A DNA stretch of 63,532 nucleotides, counting the filler, from Kipferlia bialata (taxonomy: Eukaryota), in assembly GCA_003568945.1 (NCBI GenBank). It is 3 parts of 3 records of this genome, joined end to end, with 100 filler letters (N's around TTAATTAATTAA, not from the genome) between each part and the next. Parts side by side here need not be neighbours in the genome. Positions count along the whole stretch, not along the records: positions 1 to 29,796 come from BDIP01000129.1; positions 29,897 to 59,640 come from BDIP01000130.1; 1 more part is not named here. One strand, written 5' to 3'. Shown here in pieces: positions 28,456 through 41,900 of the stretch (its first letter is position 1; the number at the start of each line of letters is the position of its first letter). The notes beneath the pieces are model-generated. The model worked only from the letters and a program-made list of their open reading frames with translations. It ran no database searches and was not told the DNA's origin. The translations under genes and the position numbers were made by a program.

Positions 28456-29274
28456 CTCCATTAGACCTGTGAGCCTGTCAATCTCCTCGTCATCCATCTC
28501 ATCAAGGATCCTGATGGTAGGGCCATATGACTTTATACTATCCTCCCAATACTGGTAACACTATACAATGCAGGATTTGACCACCCATGGGTTTCGCTAC
28601 CACCAGTGGTGGCTTACAACACAACCACTATGATCCGGAGTACATGTATCGTATTACTAGACGTACTGCTTGTTCACCGTCATCAGAGTCCTTGCTGCTG
28701 CTGATGGGTTCTGAGAGTCACCAAACTACTCTCTGAACATTTCGTCCCAGACACCTGGTAGTGAGAATTGTTCACTGCCTTCTGAGATGCTTCAAGTTGA
28801 AGCCTTCAACCATATGAATCATATATGATATAATACTAAACAGACACTGCCACTGGTCTAGGTCCATCTTCCCCTTCCCGTGTCACACAGGCTGTGTGGT
28901 ACCAAGAAGTATTGTCCACCAGCAGTAGTGATATGTAGTAGTGCAGTAAGCTAGTGTACTCACAATACCTCCTTCACATCCGCCCTGTCTCGCTATCGTG
29001 TACTCCCAGCGGGTGCCTGACTCAATGAACCTGTTTAGTGAGAGAGAAGATGTGAACAACAGTATTATACACTATATGAATATCATCTAATCATACTCTA
29101 CAATGTAGAGTCTACATTTCTAGTGAGAGAGACGATGTGTACGAAGGTAGAGGACCCAATACCGGTATAGTATGACACCATGATAGTTGGTGGAGAAGAC
29201 AGACACCTGAACAGAGCGTCTCTCTTGTCTTGTGTGGTTGGTACTGGCAGATCCATCCCATATGGATCATCCAT
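28456..29274 (-). pseudogene. Mirror of the 523-1341 damaged paralog
   Basis: Reverse complement of 523-1341. Confidence 0.5.
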
Positions 29275-29796
29275 TCGTGGTGTAACAGAGGTGGTTTTGT
29301 GGTTGTAGTGCTATGTGTCTGTGAACAAGTGTCTGATTGAAGAGATATCAAAGAGACCATCTTAGTTATCGAGGAACTGTAGATTCAACAGTTAGAGAGT
29401 GCTGCTGAGATTCATTGGAAAAAAGAGTCCAAAACGGATCCCTACACCCCGAAACTTGATATATGAATAATGTAAAGGTTTGTGACCAGCCACCGTCCCT
29501 GGTTAGTGCCAGAGTCTGTTGAGCATGAATTTTTGTCAGTTGCGTGAAAACTATTCACTGAAAAGGCTCCAGATTTGAATGGTAGTTGCAGCAGGTGGCG
29601 GAATCTGGTGTTGCGTAACTTCTGAGCGTATTCTCTCTCGTTGTCTACACTAGTAGAGTGGGAGAGGAGGTTTGTCGCAGCCTGAGAGTATTGCATAATC
29701 TATGTTTTTGGCGGCTATCAAGCCTAGCCCCTTATGTGTTGTATAAATATTGGCGTAATAATGGGGCGTTGCTTGTAGGCCCCTAAGGGCCTATTG

Positions 29797-29896
29797 NNNN
29801 NNNNNNNNNNNNNNNNNNNNNNNNNNNNNNNNNNNNNNNNTTAATTAATTAANNNNNNNNNNNNNNNNNNNNNNNNNNNNNNNNNNNNNNNNNNNN
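29797..29896. other. Artificial contig spacer N44-TTAATTAATTAA-N44
   Basis: 100-nt spacer whose core gives TAA stops in all six frames; an identical one lies at 59641-59740. Confidence 0.97.
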
Positions 29897-29934
29897 TCTC
29901 TCATCCCCCCCCCCTCTTTGGTTCTGCCCCTCTC

Positions 29935-32900
29935 TATGAGTTCGAACAGCCTTACTCCAGGACACTCCACTCGCACCAGCAGGCTGAGAGAGTGAGACAG
30001 GACACTGGGGACACAGATGAGCCGAAGTCCCTAGAACTGAGCCGGGAGGCACTCAATGTAGTCACTGCTGTTACAAGGTATGCTTATGGTAATGCCAGGA
30101 CTCTTTCTCCAGGCCTCTACTAAATATGACTACTATATGCTATTCTTACCCCCCCAGGGACACCAATGCCCGGCTTGTCGAGCTCTGCCCCACCTACACA
30201 GCTGACCCCTCCCTAGCAGTGTTAGGAGTGCCGGGTAGGAATGACAGGAGGATCCTTGGTGAGTGTCTCAGTCTGATCTATACACTATATAGTATAGAGT
30301 CGATACAGAGCCCTCAAGGTGTCTTGTATGTGTATGTGTCTCTTACATCAGGCTCTGATCCTCTGTTCCGTCTGGACACTGTTAAGCAGCCCTCTGAGGA
30401 CTCCCTCCCCATGTCCCCCCTCTCTGACTCCTCCTCCCAGTCACTCCAAGGGTTCCCAGAGGGGGTGTCGCCTCCACAGGACACAACTGCAGGTACAAGT
30501 GGGTACAAATGTTCGTGTTCATATCTGTATTAAGAGGAGTTTCTTATACCATCCTTGTGACATTTTGTCCTCTCTCCCCCCTATCTGTTTTACTATCAGT
30601 CTCCGATAACTACTCCATATACCACTCACCTGCAGATGGCGAGCCAGACCCCGATGCTGGCAGTATATGTATAGGGGGTGCCAGACTCAGTGTCATGAGG
30701 ACATACTGGATACCAGGCTGCCCCTCTCTCACAGACGCACCAGTGTATGGCCTGCCACAGGTGATACCTATCACTGTCTCTCTCTGTCTCTCTCTGTCAG
30801 GATGTAGGACTGGAGGAATAGTATCCCTATTTGACACTCTAATAGCAGGTCAAGGACCTAGTCCCCCGCCCCTCCTCTGTCCAGGCTGACCCTCTGGAGG
30901 AGAGTGCGGTGGTCAGGGCTGCATTGTCAGGTATAGAGTGACGTATTCAAGTACATCAGTCTGAGTTTTCAGGGAAGTCCTTCGTTCTCTATTACCCCCC
31001 CCCCCCCTCATCCACCTCTCACCCCATGTCTTGGCCCTGCTCTGAAGGGTGTGCAGTCTGTGACAGTGACAGAGAGGGGAGAGAGAGAGGGGCCAGAGGA
31101 GTGGGCACCCATGTACAGGGCATTCAAGAGGGACGACAAGGTATGTGCCAACATATATATGTGCTCAACCTATTATTGTCACTTCTTCTGATCGTATAGG
31201 ACGAGACCAAGCTTCTGGCGGCCGAGTCTGCCTTCTCCATCCACGATGCACACCACTGCTTCCCCTCTCCCTCTGCCTCTGCCTCAGGGAGGGAGAGAGA
31301 AGGGGATGTCTGGACAGTCAGGGTCAGAGACCACCACCCCCTAGACCTCAGGGCATTCAGCCGGTTGCTGACCCTCTCCCTCCACTCTCTCCCTAGTCTC
31401 TCTGGCCTCATACCCCCTACCGGTTTGACCACACTGTCACTGTCTCACACACCCTTGGCAGGTACGAGTCTTGTATATATTGTGCCAGTAGATCTTGTCC
31501 AAACCAATGACGGGTCTGAATTCGTTTGACACAGAAAGAAAGGTGCCTATGGTATTAGAATTCATCTCTGACCCCAGGCGGTCTCTCCACGATTCTCGCC
31601 CACGGTGTCTCGTCCCTCCTTCTGAACCCTTCCCTGCCCTCACCGCTTGACATGCCAGCCTTGGTAGGGGTGCAGGGTGAGACAGATGGGGATGCCTCCC
31701 CCTCGCACTCTCTCTCTCTGTCGAGGTCTGGCATCCACATCCACCCAGCCCTGAGGACACTCAGGGTGGAGGGGTGTGGGCTGTTGCTGGTGGACAACAG
31801 CATGGCACTCTGCCCCAACATCACAACGCTGTCCTTCAGGTATGTATAGTATATATCAGTATGTTGCTAGCAAGACTGTTCAGTGTGCTCTTTCTCTCTG
31901 CATATATATCGCCTTCTCTCCCTCCCATGCCAGCCACAACAACCTGACCGACCTTACTGCCATCCAGCACCTGCCCCATGTCACACACCTAGATGTCAGC
32001 CACAACGACATACTCTCAGTGAGTGCATTCCAGCACATACCCAGGAGTGTGTCTACTCTGGATGCCTCCCATAACAGCATCATGTCGGGACCTGTGGTCC
32101 TTCCAGTCCTATCCCACCTCAGGTAGGGCCTCTTGTTGTGTGTGTATGTCACTCTCATATACATCCATTAATAGCTTCCACTATACTATATATATCCACT
32201 CACCCCAGTTCCCTGGAGTCCCTGTCTCTGGCCCATAACCCTCTGACCTTCGACACTCTACCCCTGACCACACCCAAGTGAGTGACTCATTGGTGTAGTA
32301 GAGTGATACTGCGAGTGATTCCACTATAACTACGTGTTCATGCGCCCCCTTCTCACACCCAGGTGTGACGCTGCAGACAGAGAGGCAGACGTGGAGAGAG
32401 AGACATCCTTGGTCAGAGACCAGGCCATGTCTCCCTCCCTCATGTCTCTAGCAAGGACAGGACTGAGAGTGGTGGATATCACAGAAACGGGGGCAGGTAT
32501 TGCTACATTATGGTGGTAGAGTATACATGTATACATAAGACGGTATCGTAGTATTCTAACACCAGGACAGACCCTCAGTCCCACCTCCGTCCCGTGCCAG
32601 GTGTCAGAGGGCCTATCCGTGTCTGTGGTAGAGTCTGCCCCCCCTAGAGACATAGTGTCTGACAGTACAGACAGACTGCTATCAGTGGTCATCGGTCCTC
32701 AGGCCCCTGCCCCCCGTCCCCCTATTACTAAGAAGGGGAAGAAGGGTGTAGTAGTTGAACCCCAAGTCGAGGAGGAGCCCACTGAGGTGTGCATTGCCTC
32801 CATGATGGCTCCCCTAGCTACCATTATGTCAAGTCTCGGCCCAGCCCCTACTGTAAGGGAGCCCTGTGAGAGACACGAGGAGGAGGAGGAGGAGGGTGGA

Positions 32901-35900
32901 GAGCTGCTTGGCGAGGGAGAGCTCCTAGACGACAGTGATGACAGTGAGGAAGGCAGTGATAGTTCTCTGGTTGAGGATGAAGGGAGCATCCAGAAGAGTG
33001 ACTCTCCCGAAGCTACAAGGCCTAGTGTTTCCATGCCCCCTGCCGTCTCTCTCTGTGACACCTGTAGAGCTCTTAGCAGTGACATATCCAGTGATATTGC
33101 CTCCCCCACCTGTTCTGATGTACTGTTGAGTGCCACTGGGTCTATGCTGAGTGCCGCCCTGGCACTAGTAGTCAGGGGGGAGGGGGCCAGCGAGGTGGGT
33201 GTGCACATGTACATAATGGTCAAGACCTCTTTGTGTTCTGGTTTCTCACCCCAGCTCTCATCTGCCATCTCCACCCTTGGTACCTGTCTCAGCAGTGACT
33301 GTACCGTCATACTCAGACACCCCGACGTGGCTAGGTTCTTAGGTGGGTGGTGGTGTTATAGGGTGATGATATATGTGTACGTGACTTTCTTTACCCCAGA
33401 GTCCTTCTGCGCCTCCCCCACCCTTGCTTGTCTGCACAGTGCACCCCCTAGTCTGTCCTATGCTGCCCTGGACACATACATGGTGGGTGTGGTTTCATAT
33501 TGTCCTTCTTCTTGAAGGTCACATATGTTCAACGCTTTTCCTTCCACTTACATGATCAGGGCATGCTGTGTGAGGACACTGCCGTCTCTGCGCCCCCAGC
33601 AGGGACAGAGACTGTTGGGGAGAGGGAGAGAGAGAGCGAGTTCAGCATGCAGTTGATGGCAATGCAAGCACTCCTGGGAAGGTATGGACAACATCAGTTT
33701 CATGCGCAATTTGAGTACTGTTTCTGTCTCTCACCCTCAGCTCCACCCCAGCCCCCTCTGCCGTGTACAAGTCCTCAGACATCATGTCCCAGAGGATGGC
33801 AGTCATGCAGCTGGAGGACATTATAGACAGCCAGGTGTGTATGTAGATAGTTGTACAGCGTATCGTATATCATCTTGATACTGTACTATGTCTGCACTTC
33901 TTCCCTCACCCCAGACTGCTGCCGAGACCAGGGGTGCCTCCGACCCAGACACCCTAGATATCGACATGGAGGAGGAGGAGGGTGAGTGTCATAGTGGGTG
34001 TAGTACTATATTCGTTATCAGATATACATTTCTATAATTACATACAGATCCCTTACCCCCAGAGGACTCTGACGCTGCCCTCCCTGTCTCTTCAGACTCC
34101 CTTGCCAGTAGATCAGTGGCAGCACTACTGCAGCAGTACCTACTGCCCAGGTAGTGTACTAGTTAGAAGTTGGGATATGAAGGACAAGAATATTGTTTGA
34201 TTGTTTTCCCCGTTGCCTAATTGTTTTGACACTCTATCCTTACCCTCAGTGGGGCAGTGCCTAAGGTGGCATCTAGAGTGGCGGCAAAGACCCTCTCAGT
34301 TGGTAAGTATTACATCTCTCTCTCTCTCCCTTGCTCTCTATCTATATATGGAGTCGAGTGCATGTATCTTCCTCACCCCCAGCCGAGGGTCTGATGCTGG
34401 AGAGCGCCCTCTCTGTCTACACCAGCAGACACACAGCGAGGTATATACAGCCATACCCATGTGTATTGTTGTCACACCACTTTGTGCCACACAAGATGCA
34501 TACAGCTTCTTCTTCTCACCCCAGGGAGACTGGTACTCCCGTATCCCCCCCTGTCCCTGTCTCAGGTTCCTCTGCCACTCCAGTATACATGGGAGGGTCA
34601 GCTGCCACGAGGCTGCTCTCCCACTCCATCTCAGCAGCCGCATCTGAGGTATTGTCAAACAGCATGTAGTTAGTGGTGCTCTATGATACATGGAGTGTTC
34701 TTTGTTGGTTCACTGTAACTTCTTTGACCCCAGGTTGCCATTCTGACCCGTGACAAGCAGAGGAAGCAGGGCAGACAGTCCAGGTCACTCAGAGAGAAGG
34801 AAAGACACACTGAGACTGAGGTTGAGCAGGCCCTCTCCCCTCTGTCTGCACCCTCTGATGTCAAACAGGCAGAGCGGAGATACGCAGCACTGCAGCGGTG
34901 TCTCAATGCAAAGTACGGTCACGGTATCTAGAAGAGTCAAGTTGGATGCATTGTACTTTCAGTGTACATTTATGGTCTGTCCTGATGTCAGGCTTGACCG
35001 CACTGCGATATCGCAGAGACGGCTAGATAGGGAGGAAGAGGAGGCTGAGGAGAGACAGGGCAGGGAGGAGGTACGGCCAGGCATCCCTATTAATATAGTA
35101 CTTTTCTACACGATGTCATGACCCCAGGCTGCCGCCATAGCTGCCAAGGCCTCCAAGACCCCAGCTGTCAGGGCCACCAGTCCTCTGGCAGCGGCACCCC
35201 AGACGGCAGAGGAGGTGGGGGCATGTGTGTATATGTATGTGTGTATATACGAGTTGTAGTACTAGGCCTAGTACCATACTGACTACTAACACCTCAGGAC
35301 AGCGAGGAGGATGTGGACAGGGATGCCCAGGCTGCCAAGGACAAGGAGGCAGAGGAGAAGGAGAAGGTGGGGGGGTTGCTATCTTGTCTGTATAGTTCCA
35401 ACTAGACTTACGTATGTGACTCCTTACCCCTAGATTGCTGCCCGAGAGCGTGCCAGGTGGAGTGGGGACGAGACGCTATCCATGGGTAAGTTCATATATG
35501 TGTAAATGGATTTTTGATGTCACATTCAAAATGTATCCCTCACTCTTAGGCCTTGCCGAGGGTGCCCTCCACCCCTTCCCAGGGCATGTCCCAGAGAGTG
35601 GCCTCACCTCATTCGACATATCAATCGCAGGTACAAGGGATAGTCGTCTATGTATTGTGTACTTCTTGATGGGTCTCTCAATGGGTCTTCCCGGGAGCCA
35701 GGGAACCTTCCCTTGCATCGCTATATCTGTCGGGAATTACTATCCCTCATGCCAGGTGACCAACAACACCTGCAGCGCAGTGGGGTCATGTCCCTGGATG
35801 GAGTTGGCAACAAGATATGGTTCCAGGTGGGTTAGTGTTCTGACGGTTAAATAATGAGTGATTCATACAGTTCCCAAGCAGTAGTCCACTTCTTACTCTT

Positions 35901-38900
35901 CACCTCTCCCCCCAGGCCACCACCGTGTCCCCTGACCCCTCTGTCCCCCCTACCCAGACAGGGGTTGCCATGTACTACAACCTAGATGACATGGTGACAT
36001 ACATACCACTCGTCAGTGAGACGCCAGGTGGGTCCTGTGTATCATGATGCTGTACAGTGTAGATGTGTATTCTGACAGCAGGAGTTGTGCTCCTCTTTGC
36101 CAAGAAGAAGCGCCAGCCCCCTGGTGCTCTCAAGGCTGCATCAGACACCCACTGCAACAGGGCACTCCCTGACAGTGGCCAGATCAGACTGCCGTTCACA
36201 AGGTGAGAGGGGTGTAGTGATGTGTATGGGTTGCTGTTACATTACTGGTAGTCTGTGTTAACATGGTCTAGTCACTCACCCCAGGGCCAGAAAGACCAAG
36301 GCTGGACCCAGCATGGCCCTCAAGCAGGTGGGTGTGTATCTCATACATATGGACATTGATTATATGTCACTCTGGTGTGCATATCCCACCCCCAGGTCGA
36401 CGTATGTGTGTCACTCTCGGCAGGGACAGTCTCTGTCAACGGCCGTGCCCTGTCGTTTGGAGCCAGGTATCAACCGGACATAGACTTGATTAATTCCACC
36501 CGACGTCATATGACTCTACTACGTCCTTCTCACTCCAGGGTGAGCAACGGAACCTACTTTGCCCATGAGTGCACATACAAGGTAACATCCTTCGACATCT
36601 GGGAGTGATTATACTTATCACTATATTACGAATGTGTCTGTATGCCCTCACCTTAGGCAGTCAAGTTCCAGGACGCTGGAAGAACAGTGGGAGAGAGCGT
36701 GCCTGGACTCCTCATAGCAGCAGGTAAGGCTCAACCCCTTGGATTGTCATGCTAGGATACACTTTATTAGAGTTTCATTGTGTACCACCATGGTATAAGA
36801 AATGAGATGGAGCTTCATCTTACACCCAGTTGTGACAAGCTGTGAAGACCCCGATGCCACATATGAGGACAAGGAGGCACCCACGTACGTGTAGACAAAT
36901 ACGACTCTCTCTGTCTTTCCTTTATCGTTTCTCCATGATATTGGACTCACTCCCAGCCCCCGTGACTCTGCCCCCACCCTTGTAGTGTGGTGGATACCCA
37001 CCCTGGAGCTGTACCAGCACGTCAAGAGGGTGCGTCCTCCTCCTTGTCTATCTCCCTTCTCTACAATCGATACCTGTCTCACCCCAGGGCCGTATACCCC
37101 TGGCTGCCTCAGAGCCTCTAGCTAGTATCGAACTCCTCAGCCACATGTCCAGCACATCCCAGGAGTCAGGTTGGTGTATACTTGAGATATATATGCTCAC
37201 CATGTCAGTCAATGACTCACATGCAGTGCTTGACCTGTGGGAGGGCACCTCTGTCTCCCTCCTCGGCCTCAAGACACAGCCCGGCAAGACAAAGACAAAG
37301 ACTAAGGGGGCTGCCACAGTGGGGACAGGCGACATTGAGGTGGGTGGGCCAATGGGGATGTACATACATGTATTCAGCAAGATCGACACATTTATTTTTC
37401 GTTTCTATGTGTTAATAGGTACTGATCCCCAGGTAGTGGTGTCCATCTCAAGGCCTGCCAGAACCCAGGCCGAGAGGGAGGACCAGCACTTCGAGCAGGT
37501 GGGGGAGGGCATGATAGGCTCTACTGCAATATGACTATTTGCAGGTGGTTTTAATATAGTTCATTGTTAGTATCTGACACGTAGGTCACAGTGGTTAAGA
37601 AGCCCCTCCTCCAGTACTTCTGTGCCCAGAGCTACAACACAAACCAGGCAGATAGGTCAGTCCAGATATATCTCATTGTGTGCAACCTGACCTCTATAGT
37701 CCATTATGTCTCTTCCCTGTACCATACCTGGTCTAGATTATCCAATATCTTACCTGTCAGGCGCCAGGGCACTGGCTATGCCCTGATAGATGGGTCAGGC
37801 AGCATAGAGGCAAGGGCTGTCGGGGAGCAGGTGGGGAGATAGATTGGGGGTCTTGTCATTTTTGGGAAGCACAATATTTGTTTAACCCCTCGATCTGTCC
37901 TTCGACCTGTGTACTCTCTGCTGTTTACTCCAGGTCAGAAAGGAGGCTGAGCGTAAGCGTCGTCTGGTCACCAAGCCCCTGAGGGCTGGAGAGAAGGTAT
38001 CACTGTGTATACTTCAGGGACTGTATTGCGGCCACTTCTCTTATCATACCCTCTCTCACCTTCAGGTGTTCCAGATGCCCAGCCTCATATCCACCCACTC
38101 AAAGGGGTCCAGCGCAGCTCAGGTACGTATACAATGTGGTACTACATTGGTTGTCTATTCCCTATCTAGTCTCTATCAGGCTCGACATCTACTCCTTCTG
38201 TGTACCTCTCATCACCAGCTGTCCTTTGCGCCCTCTCAGGCCCCCATTCTCACCTCGTCCCACCCTGTAGTGGATGTCAGGGACAGGGAGAGAGAGAGAG
38301 AGAAGGAGAGGGATCTGGAGACCGAACTTGGTGGGACAAAGAGAGTCCCCTACTCCATCAATCCTTACAGGGCCCTGATGCACTCCTCCCAGGTACTCAC
38401 TCGATTGTAGAGTCATTTGGCTATAATCTATGGTTGTTGTATTGTATGGTGAGACCCCTAATGACCCCCAGGCTGGCCGTGCCGAGTTGCTGCAGCAGCT
38501 TGTGTCCTCCCCAGGTGGGCCTATCTGCAGTGTTATACACCAAGTATATACACAATGATAATCATTAACGCACAATCACTGTTCTAACTCCTAGGACACG
38601 GTCCCACTGCTGCTGTCCGGCCACTTGTCCAGGGAGAGAGGGATGCCTCTCTCTACTCATTTGCCGTGGTGGCAGTCGAGTTCTCTGAGGTGGGTACCAT
38701 CTTTATATAGCAAGTGTTGGTATGGTTACCATATACTGACCCCAGAACCAGCTGGACCGTACCCCCCCGGACCCCAAGGCAGAGACAGACACGGGGCCAA
38801 GGATGTTTGCAGGTGGGGTCCTATTCACCACCATATACTGTGTTGTGTACATCCTCATTCTCACCCTCAGGTGGTGCCCGTGCCGCTCTGTCTGCCTTCC

Positions 38901-41900
38901 AGTCCTGTGTGCACAGGGCCCTTGTCATACGATACGCACCCCCAGCCACAGGTATGGGGTGTATATGATAATAATCCATAGAGAGCTCAACGGATAATAT
39001 TCACCATGGGTCTGAAATATGTGCGCATCCCCCTGACTGTAGGTAGCTACTGGGCCCTGTGTCTGAGGTGCTTCAGATCATTCAGGACAGGTAGGGATAT
39101 TTCAAAGCCTCTTGGAGTCGCAGAAAGTGTTAGTGGCTTAACGGTATATTTCTTGGTCTGCATTCCCATATATCTCTCACTCCAGGCTGCATGTTGTGTC
39201 CGTACTGTCTAAGAAGGGGCGGTATCTACCAGGCTGGTGTCACTGTACCCAAGAGAGAGAGAGATCTGCAGGGAGAGGTGCCTCGCAAGAGCCTATCCAT
39301 GCCACTCATGAGGCAACTCACAAGGTTTGTATTTAGCTGTTGTCCTAGTACCCGTGTTATATTCTACTCGATAACTGCTCTAACCTCAGGAGAGACTCTT
39401 TGGCCGGTGTGGTACTATCTCAGCCCGACGCAGTAGGTAACTCGTTGAATATCCTGGCAGAATTTATAGTCACTTGTATTTGGAATCAATGATGTTTGTT
39501 TATGAACGAAAGCATCTACTTCTCACCCTAGCCCCCCCTCGCCGCATACTCAACGTCCACAGACTAGGGAGTGCCAACTTCATCTTGAAGGAGACAGGCC
39601 TAGGTACATATGCATATATTGCACAAGTGAACGGCAATGGTGTTGTGATGTTACTTCCATACTTCCCTCGACTTCCTACCCCCAACCTCACCCCCAGGCG
39701 GCACCACCTCTGGTGTGCTGAGGGATGTGTCTGTGCCTGGTACCACACCTGACAGACCCATACCAGGGGCAGGTACAGTTCACCTTGTGTCCTCTCTTCT
39801 TCTCCATCCCGCTCTCCCTCACCCCCAGGTGGTCCCCAGACTGTCATCCAGAGGCCTGCCCTACTGCCGTCCTGTTCAGATGAGGTGAGGTGTATGAGTA
39901 TCGTGTAGACATGCCGTGGTTGTTGTGTGTATTCCATCCATGTCCCACTGACTGTCAGGAGGTGTCCTTCCTAGCCCATTCCATCCTGTCTGGGGTGCTC
40001 AACCCACACATCAGGGAGATCATAGCAGACACATTTGACAGGTGGGGCATGTCTCTCTCTCTTGGTCTCTCTCTATGTACATATATATTCCCTCCTCTAC
40101 CTCCATCTCACCCTAGGTCCCGAGTACCCGACCCAGCCCTCCGGTCCCTCTCTGCCAACACCATGTCTGTACCAAAGTTCAGAGACGCCTACAAGGTGCG
40201 ATCCACACTCGTGTTCTTTGTACATAGGAGCACTATCATATGTGTGTTGATGTATACTCACTACTCAGGGCTACGATGCCCTAGCTGCCTCTGTCCTGCA
40301 TGACAAGACAGGGTATCTGAGGGCAGCCAAGTACAGGTGGGTGGGGTGTTGATGTATATGGTTATTGTATACAGTGTGTGTCTGACCCACCAGGATCAGG
40401 CGTCGCATCAAGATCAAGGCGCACTCTCCCTCCAACCCAGATGGAACGGAGGACACGGAGACATCACACTACGGCAGTGAGGGGGAGAGCGAGTACACAG
40501 AGGGATCTAGGTGAGTGGTTGAGTGTTGTTCTGTGTCTTACTGCGGAGCAGGAGAGCACGACACTTACGTACACGTGATCAACTACCCTGGCCTTTCTAT
40601 TCCCTTGCCTCTCTCTAACCGTAGACCCGATACCCCTCACTCCCCTCATCGCCCTGTGCCAGTCCCAGTGGAGCATGAGAAGGTATGGGTTTGTAGTGCT
40701 TACACATTTGATGCAGTAGCAGGTGGCTGTGGGTCCTATGGATGAGGGAATGACATCACTTATAATTACAGTATCTGTTCTTGTGTTTGACCCTAATACT
40801 CACCCCCAGGACAAGGAGAGGGTCAGTGTCGTCCATGCCGAGGTGGATGTCAACGAGGGGGGGCAGGTAATGCTATGCAAATTAACAATAGACCCTATGT
40901 GTGTTTTCCATAATACTATCTCTCCTCTACCTCACCCCTCAGAGCCTTGTCCCTGTGCACCGTCCCGAGGCAGATGGCGATGTGCTCTCTGTATTGACAC
41001 AGTACTCCAGTGGATCCAGACTCAGCCAGTCGCCGAAGGTATATACACCTTGGGCCTATACGTGTTTGTTCTCCAATGTCTCATATGTAGCCACTCAATA
41101 TATATAGAAATACAGTATAGGTATACAATTATGTGTATATATAGATATCCGTATATACCCTCTCACCCCCAGGACGAGCTGTCTGTCATCCTCAACCAGC
41201 TAGTGCTTGGTAAGGCAGCCAGACAGAACATGGGGCAGAGAGATGGACCACAGAGGGGTATGCCCCAGAACGTGGCTGCATTGCTCGCCACTGTCCAGGT
41301 GTGTGTATCAGTATCCATGGATTATATATATATATGTGTGTGTGAATATGCTAATCATTCTCACCCCTAGCGCTGCACTCCGACTGTCTCCCTAGAGACT
41401 GATCTGGCCAAGCTCAGACCCTCCTCCCTGGCATATGCCCATGCATACCTGGTAAGTGTAGTCTTGGCATTGCATGTCTGTTCTCCCATTTGTCCTCTCA
41501 TATATGATTGTAATACTGTCACCAACAACTGGGACCTTACCTCCAGGGTCTCTCCAACCTGTGGCACACTGGAATTGCACCCCTTGCTGTGAGAGAGGAC
41601 GTTTTCATAGTACACGTCACTAAGGTATACGATGTAGTATATCCATCTCCATGGATTCTTGTGTGTATGCACACAAACCTGACCCCCAGGTGGCCAATGA
41701 CGGGTCCCTGGCTGGTCAGAAGGAGGCCCCCCACTGCTGCATGTTCATGACTCAGGACAGAGTGGTCATACTCGGTGAGTCAATCGCGTAGAATGCACAT
41801 TCACTACTGCATCACTCATGTCTAGGCCTCAGGAGTGGACCCCTGTACCGCGCCATCCCAGGCCTCGATACTCAGTCCCCCCCTCACCTTGGGTTCAGCC

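Larger units (their letters stand above)
1..29796. repeat. Giant inverted duplication (palindrome) covering the whole first contig; position i pairs with 29797-i
   Basis: Every ORF in 1-14898 has an identical mirror ORF (e.g. 2254..3216+ and 26581..27543-; 8056..8859- and 20938..21741+). The contig starts CAATAGGCCC and ends GGGCCTATTG. Confidence 0.99.

Noticed and set aside
29841..29852. TTAATTAATTAA motif within N runs (also 59685-59696)
   Set aside because: Artificial six-frame-stop spacer; adjacency across it has no biological meaning.
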